This document shows, piece by piece, positions 49,301 through 61,200 of a DNA stretch of 64,000 nt; the stretch's first letter is position 1; each line of letters begins with the position of its first letter. The stretch spans positions 1,898,415 through 1,962,414 of the forward strand of contig LSRY02000008.1 in NCBI GenBank assembly GCA_001643675.2, given 5' to 3'. This DNA comes from Monocercomonoides exilis PA203. Taxonomy: Eukaryota; Protista; Preaxostyla. The translations under genes were made by a program, and so were the position numbers. A model generated the notes under the pieces. That model searched no databases and was not told where the DNA came from. It worked only from the letters and a program-made list of their open reading frames with translations.

Positions 49301-52057
49301 TTTTTTTCTTCTTCTTCGTATTCGCCAATACTCGATCTGGGAAATTGGATCAACATCCCTCAACATCCCAAAGAGACAAAACAAGATGATTCTCTTGTGT
49401 TTGAAAGGCATTTGTCTTCACCTGATATCTCTCTTTTTCTGCCATTCTATCATCATCTTCTTCTTCTGTTTCTATTTGTTATCTTCATCAACATTGTTGG
49501 GAAGAGCCCATCTGATCCCAAGAAAATATATCAATGAGAATGAGCAGGATTGTTTTTTATCATTCCTTTTTGTTAATGAAAGGAAATATCACAAAGCTCT
49601 TGGTTTTTGAATTGGAGTCATCAAGGCCAATCACGTGAGCACTTTGGCGATCATCAGGGTTGTGAGTCCATGGAAAGGTATGGAAAGAAGAGAGAATGCA
49701 AAAGGCGAGAAATGAGAAGAGGAATTATTAAGAATCTGTTTGTGAATGAAGCCTTGCATGAAGCAGAAGGAAAGACAGCAAGATGGATTTTTTTTGAGAG
49801 GGATTGTCAAAGAAGTTCTTTGAACTGAACAAGGATCGAATTGACAGTTGGTGTGCCTGAGTGGATTTTGAGCAGGATACACATTCTTTAGCCTTCTCAT
49901 AAGTCTTAATGCAATTATGTTCCATTTGGAATGAGAGATTGTTTTGAATATATTTGAGGATATGGTGAAACACTTTTTCTGATAGAAATGGTGGAGCTGA
50001 TTCATGCAGTTTATTTTCTTTTGCAATCAGACATCTGGGAAAATGGGAAGGATGCATTTGTGGAGAATGGAGCAGTTAGTGATTTTTGAGGGTGATGGAG
50101 GAAGATATGTCCTATCCAGAACGAGTCGGGAGAAGGGAGCAGAGGGAAATGAAGGTGAAAGAGCAAGGAGGAATGGCAGATGAAACTCAGTTTGTGAGGG
50201 GAAGAGAAAGAAGGGTAAATTGCTTAATAAATCCTTTTTTTTATATGAGTTATTGCCAGTCTTGTGGTGTGGCTGCACATCAACGATCACTTTGGAAAAT
50301 GTGTGTGGAGAAGGTTGTATTTCCTTTGGCATTCCTCTAACCATTTGTGTTTTTGGGGGAAATGTGCCTGTGAATGAGCAAAAGGAGGGGGAATGGATGT
50401 TGTTGGGAGTGATTGAGATGTGTCTGTTTTGCAAAAAGGATGAGGATGAGGAAGGTGATGGAAGGGGAAGTTGGCAGTCTGCTTGGAGGGGTCTTTGGAA
50501 GGGAGTTGGAAAGAAGAAAAGCAGAGGGGCAGGGGATTGGGATGGAAAGGAAAGTTGGGTGAAGAAGACGAAAGGTGAGGAGAGGATGGTGTGGCTGGGC
50601 AAATGAAATGGGGTGAGGAGTGCTTGTGGGTGTGATGATTCCACGCTCAGCAAGGTTGTTGGGAATGTTGATGGTTGTGACGGATGCTGTGTGTTTTGGA
50701 GCAGAAAGGATGAGGAAAGCAGACAGAAGAAACGAGAGAGGATGGTGAGTGGCAGGCAGTTGTTGGAGGGGGGTGAGGATGAAGCGGAGGAAAGGATGCT
50801 GGATGGGCATATGGCTGATGGAGCAGATGTGTTTGTTGAGAGGGGTTGAGGGGCAGTTGTATTTTTGGAAAGGAGAGGAAAGAAGAGGGAGATGGAGAAC
50901 ATATGGAGGGTGAAGGGTTTATTGAAACAAGAGAAGGAAGATGAAGGAAAGGGAGGCATTTGAATTGTGATAAGCATGAAGGGAATGGGAAATATCCTTG
51001 AAAATTCACAAAAAAATAAAAAATATCTTGTAATTTTTCAGAGAAATTTCAAGTACATTATTCTCTGTTTTGTTCTCATTCACATTGTTGGTTTCTTTTT
51101 CGCTCAGTTCCACTCAAAACTTATTTTTTTATCTGTCCGTTTGTGTGGCATTCCCCTGTGTGATTCTTGCAAATAATACAAGGGAATGAACACACGTTAT
51201 TGTCTTTGGAAAGGAGCCAGGGCAAATGAATTCTTTTGTGAAGGCTGAGAAAATGGATTTGGAGGAGTCTGGACACACAGAAACCAGGGGAAATGGTACT
51301 TTTCTTCTTTATAAATATTATTAAAAATATATTGACAATTACAAAAAAAATATTTTATTCAAATAGACTGAGGAATTGGTTTATGCAATCAGATCAAATG
51401 AAAACAGAAAAATGCGGAAAGCGTGTTGAGAGAAGTTTTGCAGCCTGGAACAGACATGGTACATGGCACCATCTGAGGAGTGTGGCTCGATCCTTGAGGT
51501 GGTACGGGTGCTGAGCCTCTGGGGTGCCTGGGAAATGGGGCAGCGATTTATTGGCCAGATGTCTGTGTCTGGGCATGGAACATGTTTATGATGCCTCTTT
51601 CTATGTGCTGTGATGGAAATGTGTTGTGAATTGGCCGTATGAGTGGGCTTGTGGGGCAGCTTGGTGTCGGTGGGTGTCATTGTTTCCTTTCAGAATGTTA
51701 TCTAATCAGCCATACTGGTGGAGGTGTGCCATTTTATTTGCCTCACGAGGGAGCCGTTGACGTGTTGCACCTTTTTTATATCTATTTTTCCGTATTTTAT
51801 TTCTCAGCAGGGAGCAGCTGGGGATGTTTTGCAACAGAAGAATTTTTCGATGATCGGGGTTCCTGTGTGGGCCAAAACAGCGGAGAAGGGGATGGGAGCA
51901 AAAGAAACAGCGATTGGGAGGGGTGCAGCGTGGAGACGAGGGGATGCAGCAGAATTTTGTTTTTTCATCTCAACGGCAGTTATTGGCTGTTGTGGCAGCG
52001 CCAGCGCAAATACGGATGATTTTATTGGATGCTCTCCTTCAGACCTGGGATTTGCCG

Positions 52058-53338
52058 TTATTTCAGCCAGCAAAAATATTTCGACTCCAACTGCCCACCC
52101 GTCACACTGAACAGCATCGTTGAAATTGAAGAAAGAGAATTCGTCCCAATCACACTCACTGTCTTCCCTTTCCCAACAACAGAAATCTTCTTTTCCCCAA
52201 CATTGATCGTCGCCCCTTCGCTCACATGCTTCCCATCCAGCAACGTGATTGTCGAGCTCAGCTGCGCCATGCTCGAACCCACTGCATGCCCCACTGTCTT
52301 GCAAGGTGCTGCCTCACTCATCCCACACAGATTATTTGTGTCATCCCCACTCACTCCAACATACCGATCCTTCATCCCTTCCTTCAGCCATTCCTTCTTT
52401 TGTGTTTCCTGATACACCCAATTGTTTCCGTTATAATATTGGAAGTACACTCTCGTATCATTGCTGTTCGTTGTATACGATTCGTAGAACGGGTTGTTCG
52501 AAGAAAAGTGATTGTAATTGTCTTGAAAAAACACATCGTGGCCATATGGAGTGGAAATACTGCAACTGCAATCGTGGAAGAAGAAGAAATAGCAATAAAG
52601 GTTGTTGCCGGGAGCTGTTGATTGATATGGATAAAAATACAATCCTCCACCATATGATAATGCACTGCACGAAATAAACTGGAGGCTCCTCATTTTGAAT
52701 GCAGACGGAACACCATAACAATATATCCCTCCGCCGCCAGTGCTCGAGAGTGTACATGAAGTGAATGAGCACTCAAACACACAAGCACTCTCCCCTTTGT
52801 CGTTTTCTGTTCCAATACAGGAAGATCCAGAAACATTAAAAGTTTGAAGATAAAGGCCTCCTCCATAATTTTTCGATGTGCATTTCTGGAACTCGCAGCC
52901 ACTGATCCTGACACACGAAGAAATCGAATAAATGTCAATTCCTCCGCCTTCATAGTTCTGAGCTGTGCAAGCGTTGAACGAAGTATTCTCGACCGTAATG
53001 GAACATATTTCATATGCTGTTATTGCTCCTCCGCCATAATACGCGTAGCAGTTGTTGAACGAGCAATGCTTTACAGAAAGTGTTCCTGATGACAGACCGT
53101 ATATATTGATTGCTCCTCCATTTGAAGCGCTATCTTCATAATCTTCATTTTCTCCAGTTGTTTTTGACCCATTCCACACACACCAAGTGAACGAATTCGC
53201 CCCATCATCTGTAATCTTCTGTCTCGCTGGTTTCGATAAATTCCCCTCACTCCCTCCTATTGCAACATTCTGAGTGCGATAGCATCTGACAAATGAGGTG
53301 TTCGAGGCAGCCAATGACGATGAAGAGCTGTTAAGCAA
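52058..53338 (-). pseudogene. Truncated N-terminal cassette (copy C, 426-codon open frame)
   Basis: Same start and end points as copy A (...GQLESKYFCWLK*); no ATG start or signal peptide. Confidence 0.85.
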
Positions 53339-56300
53339 AGGCAGAAGGTTTTATAAAGGGAATCGATTAAAGATGAAGAATCCAATAGTTTGGCTAAGAT
53401 ATTAGAAAAGACCAAATGAGAGCGCGATGCAAAGGATATGACGGGCAACGGAAGAACGGCGCTGAAGAAATGCAAAAAGAAGAGAAATGCGACTCGCCCT
53501 CCCGAAAGCACTGCCTCCTTCTTCTCTTTTTATTTTTATCATTGTTGTTGAATGGATTGTTATATTTATCACGATTTTATTGTTAAAATAATAAGACGGT
53601 TGATTCAATTGAAAGGCATTGTCAGTACTTGTCAAATAATTTTTTTTTTAATTCAAAGAGAAATTGAGAGATTCTAAATTGAGGGATTTATAAGCTAAAT
53701 GCCAATGGCCAAGATGCATTCATTCTTTTCTTTGAATGCATGTTTGGAATCAAAATTTATTGTTTTCCTTTTATTTTATTCATTAATGATGAAGGTGAAT
53801 GAAATGATGGAGATATCTTCAATAGGTGAAAATTCTTTTTTGTTCATTTTTGTTTTGTTTTTATCCAAATATTTGAAATATGTATTGATTGAATATTTGC
53901 AGCAAATCGAAATGAATAATTCTTTTAATTCGTTTCATTTTCACTTAATATTTTTTTAAAAAAAAATACATTCGTAAATCGGATATTATTATTATTATTT
54001 TAATATTCAATATTTCCATAAAAAGGAAATAACTATGCACAAATTTGTTTTTTGTTATTTATTTATTTTCGAAAAAGATAGTTATTTAAATAGCAACAGA
54101 ACGTTTGTAACGCTTGGCCAGAATATCGATTCTTCGAACAAATCTTTTTTTTTTTTTTTTTCCTTTTTTATAAATATTCAAACACTCTTAATTTCACAGA
54201 TCAGCCTTTTCACCGTTTATTATTCAGAAGAAATACAAATGAAATATTTTTATTAAAAAATGTTCTTTAGGTATTCGGTTTATCGAATGAATGTTTCAAA
54301 CAAAATAGGATTCGATATTCAATTTCTTTTCTCTTGAAGTGGAAGATGATTTGAAATTTGATTTTCTTGAAAATTGACAAAAGTTTTTTTTCAACAAAAT
54401 CTCTTGACCCTTCACAAAATAAAACTGTCATTGTTCATGTTGATGATATATTTATTCAGAATTGATTTTTCACCTCTTGTCTTATTTGTTTGTTTGTTTG
54501 TTCAGTAATTTGATTATCAAAATCCAGTCTCTTTCAAAATATTATTGATCATTTGTTGTTGTCATTTACTGATTTGAGATTTGGGTGATTCCTTTGTGGC
54601 ATCACACTTTTTCTATCATAAGAATTCGTTTCGATAAATCAATTTGATGATCATGAAGATGAAACAAAACAGAACTATTAATGAGTTTCTATTTGTTTTC
54701 AGATTGTTGTCTTTCAGTTATTTTCAATGATTCAATAATTGATCATTTCCATCCACCGAACAATTCATTGCAATCTGTTAGACCCAATGATAGAATGTTG
54801 GTTATTATTGGAGAACAGAATTTTCATTTTTGATTTCAAAAACACTCACCCATTTTCAAGAGTTAATCTCAAAGTCCAATTTCATTTTGACATTTGTTTT
54901 GAAATTTGATGAGAATCATCAACTATTTTGTATTCTTGTTTGCACCATGTTTCAACAGTATTTTTTTTCCTTTATGAATGAATTGAAACATGTTTTTCAA
55001 AAATATGTTATTCTTTCAAATGTTTTCCTGTGTGATCCTTTGATATTATCTAGAAATTATCTGAGTCGAGTGATAATTTTTCAGTCAATTTTTCGAGCTT
55101 TATTTGTTTATTATCACTCTGATATAATGATACGCTTTTTGATAAACTTATATTTGCACTGGAAAAAAATTAAATGAAAGTGTAGTTTGAAAATTATGTT
55201 GATCTTTATCTCAATTCAGTTTTTTTAAGATATCAATATTCTAATAAATAATAACAAAAATAATCACTCGACTCAGATAATTTCTAGATAATATCAAAGG
55301 ATCACACAGGAAAACATTTGAAAGAATAACATATTTTTGAAAAACATGTTTCAATTCATTCATAAAGGAAAAAAAATACTGTTGAAACATGGTGCAAACA
55401 AGAATACAAAATAGTTGATGATTCTCATCAAATTTCAAAACAAATGTCAAAATGAAATTGGACTTTGAGATTAACTCTTGAAAATGGGTGAGTGTTTTTG
55501 AAATCAAAAATGAAAATTCTGTTCTCCAATAATAACCAACATTCTATCATTGGGTCTAACAGATTGCAATGAATTGTTCGGTGGATGGAAATGATCAATT
55601 ATTGAATCATTGAAAATAACTGAAAGACAACAATCTGAAAACAAATAGAAACTCATTAATAGTTCTGTTTTGTTTCATCTTCATGATCATCAAATTGATT
55701 TATCGAAACGAATTCTTATGATAGAAAAAGTGTGATGCCACAAAGGAATCACCCAAATCTCAAATCAGTAAATGACAACAACAAATGATCAATAATATTT
55801 TGAAAGAGACTGGATTTTGATAATCAAATTACTGAACAAACAAACAAACAAATAAGACAAGAGGTGAAAAATCAATTCTGAATAAATATATCATCAACAT
55901 GAACAATGACAGTTTTATTTTGTGAAGGGTCAAGAGATTTTGTTGAAAAAAAACTTTTGTCAATTTTCAAGAAAATCAAATTTCAAATCATCTTCCACTT
56001 CAAGAGAAAAGAAATTGAATATCGAATCCTATTTTGTTTGAAACATTCATTCGATAAACCGAATACCTAAAGAACATTTTTTAATAAAAATATTTCATTT
56101 GTATTTCTTCTGAATAATAAACGGTGAAAAGGCTGATCTGTGAAATTAAGAGTGTTTGAATATTTATAAAAAAGGAAAAAAAAAAAAAAAAAGATTTGTT
56201 CGAAGAATCGATATTCTGGCCAAGCGTTACAAACGTTCTGTTGCTATTTAAATAACTATCTTTTTCGAAAATAAATAAATAACAAAAACAAATTTGTGCA

Positions 56301-56996
56301 TAGTTATTTCCTTTTATGGAAATATTGAATATTAAAATAATAATAATAATATCCGATTTACGAATGTATTTTTTTTAAAAAAATATTAAGTGAAAATGAA
56401 ACGAATTAAAAGAATTATTCATTTCGATTTGCTGCAAATATTCAATCAATACATATTTCAAATATTTGGATAAAAACAAAACAAAAATGAACAAAAAAGA
56501 ATTTTCACCTATTGAAGATATCTCCATCATTTCATTCACCTTCATCATTAATGAATAAAATAAAAGGAAAACAATAAATTTTGATTCCAAACATGCATTC
56601 AAAGAAAAGAATGAATGCATCTTGGCCATTGGCATTTAGCTTATAAATCCCTCAATTTAGAATCTCTCAATTTCTCTTTGAATTAAAAAAAAAATTATTT
56701 GACAAGTACTGACAATGCCTTTCAATTGAATCAACCGTCTTATTATTTTAACAATAAAATCGTGATAAATATAACAATCCATTCAACAACAATGATAAAA
56801 ATAAAAAAGAGAAGAAGGAGGCAGTGCTTTCGGGAGGGCGAGTCGCATTTCTCTTCTTTTTGCATTTCTTCAGCGCCGTTCTTCCGTTGCCCGTCATATC
56901 CTTTGCATCGCGCTCTCATTTGGTCTTTTCTAATATCTTAGCCAAACTATTGGATTCTTCATCTTTAATCGATTCCCTTTATAAAACCTTCTGCCT

Positions 56997-58274
56997 TTGC
57001 TTAACAGCTCTTCATCGTCATTGGCTGCCTCGAACACCTCATTTGTCAGATGCTATCGCACTCAGAATGTTGCAATAGGAGGGAGTGAGGGGAATTTATC
57101 GAAACCAGCGAGACAGAAGATTACAGATGATGGGGCGAATTCGTTCACTTGGTGTGTGTGGAATGGGTCAAAAACAACTGGAGAAAATGAAGATTATGAA
57201 GATAGCGCTTCAAATGGAGGAGCAATCAATATATACGGTCTGTCATCAGGAACACTTTCTGTAAAGCATTGCTCGTTCAACAACTGCTACGCGTATTATG
57301 GCGGAGGAGCAATAACAGCATATGAAATATGTTCCATTACGGTCGAGAATACTTCGTTCAACGCTTGCACAGCTCAGAACTATGAAGGCGGAGGAATTGA
57401 CATTTATTCGATTTCTTCGTGTGTCAGGATCAGTGGCTGCGAGTTCCAGAAATGCACATCGAAAAATTATGGAGGAGGCCTTTATCTTCAAACTTTTAAT
57501 GTTTCTGGATCTTCCTGTATTGGAACAGAAAACGACAAAGGGGAGAGTGCTTGTGTGTTTGAGTGCTCATTCACTTCATGTACACTCTCGAGCACTGGCG
57601 GCGGAGGGATATATTGTTATGGTGTTCCGTCTGCATTCAAAATGAGGAGCCTCCAGTTTATTTCGTGCAGTGCATTATCATATGGTGGAGGATTGTATTT
57701 TTATCCATATCAATCAACAGCTCCCGGCAACAACCTTTATTGCTATTTCTTCTTCTTCCACGATTGCAGTTGCAGTAATTCCACTCCATATGGCCACGAT
57801 GTGTTTTTTCAAGACAATTACAATCACTTTTCTTCGAACAACCCGTTCTACGAATCGTACACAACGAACAGCAATGATACGAGAGTGTGCCGTTATTATA
57901 AATCTGGAAGTTGGTATTATCAGCATACAGAAAAGATGTGGTGGCTGAGCGTCGGGATGAAGGATCGGTATGTTGGAGTGAGTGGAGATGACACAAATAA
58001 TCTGTGTGGGATGAGTGAGGCAGCACCTTGCAAGACAGTGGGGCATGCAGTGGGTTCGAGCATGGCGCAGCTGAGCTCGACAATCACGTTGCTGGATGGG
58101 AAGCATGTGAGCGAAGGGGCGACGATCAATGTTGGGGAAAAGAAGATTTCTGTTGTTGGGAAAGGGAAGACAGTGAGTGTGATTGGGACGAATTCTCTTT
58201 CTTCAATTTCAACGATGCTGTTCAGTGTGACGGGTGGGCAGTTGGAGTCGAAATATTTTTGCTGGCTGAAATAA
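56997..58274 (+). pseudogene. Truncated N-terminal cassette (copy C', 425-codon open frame)
   Basis: Palindromic twin of C, differing in an internal tract (57778-57985). Confidence 0.85.
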
Positions 58275-61200
58275 CGGCAAATCCCAGGTCTGAAGGAGAG
58301 CATCCAATAAAATCATCCGTATTTGCGCTGGCGCTGCCACAACAGCCAATAACTGCCGTTGAGATGAAAAAACAAAATTCTGCTGCATCCCCTCGTCTCC
58401 ACGCTGCACCCCTCCCAATCGCTGTTTCTTTTGCTCCCATCCCCTTCTCCGCTGTTTTGGCCCACACAGGAACCCCGATCATCGAAAAATTCTTCTGTTG
58501 CAAAACATCCCCAGCTGCTCCCTGCTGAGAAATAAAATACGGAAAAATAGATATAAAAAAGGTGCAACACGTCAACGGCTCCCTCGTGAGGCAAATAAAA
58601 TGGCACACCTCCACCAGTATGGCTGATTAGATAACATTCTGAAAGGAAACAATGACACCCACCGACACCAAGCTGCCCCACAAGCCCACTCATACGGCCA
58701 ATTCACAACACATTTCCATCACAGCACATAGAAAGAGGCATCATAAACATGTTCCATGCCCAGACACAGACATCTGGCCAATAAATCGCTGCCCCATTTC
58801 CCAGGCACCCCAGAGGCTCAGCACCCGTACCACCTCAAGGATCGAGCCACACTCCTCAGATGGTGCCATGTACCATGTCTGTTCCAGGCTGCAAAACTTC
58901 TCTCAACACGCTTTCCGCATTTTTCTGTTTTCATTTGATCTGATTGCATAAACCAATTCCTCAGTCTATTTGAATAAAATATTTTTTTTGTAATTGTCAA
59001 TATATTTTTAATAATATTTATAAAGAAGAAAAGTACCATTTCCCTGGTTTCTGTGTGTCCAGACTCCTCCAAATCCATTTTCTCAGCCTTCACAAAAGAA
59101 TTCATTTGCCCTGGCTCCTTTCCAAAGACAATAACGTGTGTTCATTCCCTTGTATTATTTGCAAGAATCACACAGGGGAATGCCACACAAACGGACAGAT
59201 AAAAAAATAAGTTTTGAGTGGAACTGAGCGAAAAAGAAACCAACAATGTGAATGAGAACAAAACAGAGAATAATGTACTTGAAATTTCTCTGAAAAATTA
59301 CAAGATATTTTTTATTTTTTTGTGAATTTTCAAGGATATTTCCCATTCCCTTCATGCTTATCACAATTCAAATGCCTCCCTTTCCTTCATCTTCCTTCTC
59401 TTGTTTCAATAAACCCTTCACCCTCCATATGTTCTCCATCTCCCTCTTCTTTCCTCTCCTTTCCAAAAATACAACTGCCCCTCAACCCCTCTCAACAAAC
59501 ACATCTGCTCCATCAGCCATATGCCCATCCAGCATCCTTTCCTCCGCTTCATCCTCACCCCCTCCAACAACTGCCTGCCACTCACCATCCTCTCTCGTTT
59601 CTTCTGTCTGCTTTCCTCATCCTTTCTGCTCCAAAACACACAGCATCCGTCACAACCATCAACATTCCCAACAACCTTGCTGAGCGTGGAATCATCACAC
59701 CCACAAGCACTCCTCACCCCATTTCATTTGCCCAGCCACACCATCCTCTCCTCACCTTTCGTCTTCTTCACCCAACTTTCCTTTCCATCCCAATCCCCTG
59801 CCCCTCTGCTTTTCTTCTTTCCAACTCCCTTCCAAAGACCCCTCCAAGCAGACTGCCAACTTCCCCTTCCATCACCTTCCTCATCCTCATCCTTTTTGCA
59901 AAACAGACACATCTCAATCACTCCCAACAACATCCATTCCCCCTCCTTTTGCTCATTCACAGGCACATTTCCCCCAAAAACACAAATGGTTAGAGGAATG
60001 CCAAAGGAAATACAACCTTCTCCACACACATTTTCCAAAGTGATCGTTGATGTGCAGCCACACCACAAGACTGGCAATAACTCATATAAAAAAAAGGATT
60101 TATTAAGCAATTTACCCTTCTTTCTCTTCCCCTCACAAACTGAGTTTCATCTGCCATTCCTCCTTGCTCTTTCACCTTCATTTCCCTCTGCTCCCTTCTC
60201 CCGACTCGTTCTGGATAGGACATATCTTCCTCCATCACCCTCAAAAATCACTAACTGCTCCATTCTCCACAAATGCATCCTTCCCATTTTCCCAGATGTC
60301 TGATTGCAAAAGAAAATAAACTGCATGAATCAGCTCCACCATTTCTATCAGAAAAAGTGTTTCACCATATCCTCAAATATATTCAAAACAATCTCTCATT
60401 CCAAATGGAACATAATTGCATTAAGACTTATGAGAAGGCTAAAGAATGTGTATCCTGCTCAAAATCCACTCAGGCACACCAACTGTCAATTCGATCCTTG
60501 TTCAGTTCAAAGAACTTCTTTGACAATCCCTCTCAAAAAAAAATCCATCCTGTCTTTCCTTCTGCTTCATGCAAGGCTTCATTCACAAACAGATTCTTAA
60601 TAATTCCTCTTCTCATTTCTCGCCTTTTGCATTCTCTCTTCTTTCCATACCTTTCCATGGACTCACAACCCTGATGATCGCCAAAGTGCTCACGTGATTG
60701 GCCTTGATGACTCCAATTCAAAAACCAAGAGCTTTGTGATATTTCCTTTCATTAACAAAAAGGAATGATAAAAAACAATCCTGCTCATTCTCATTGATAT
60801 ATTTTCTTGGGATCAGATGGGCTCTTCCCAACAATGTTGATGAAGATAACAAATAGAAACAGAAGAAGAAGATGATGATAGAATGGCAGAAAAAGAGAGA
60901 TATCAGGTGAAGACAAATGCCTTTCAAACACAAGAGAATCATCTTGTTTTGTCTCTTTGGGATGTTGAGGGATGTTGATCCAATTTCCCAGATCGAGTAT
61001 TGGCGAATACGAAGAAGAAGAAAAAAACGTTTGAAAACATGGAAAGCGAAGATGATGCACAAGTGAAAGAGATAATTTTGATAAACGAAAATTATCCATT
61101 TGTATCTGTGTTGGATTTCACAATAAAATTGAAAGATGACACCAGATGTTGCTCAACAGGTGAAGAATAAAACACATGTTCAAAAGTGCAACAATGTTGT

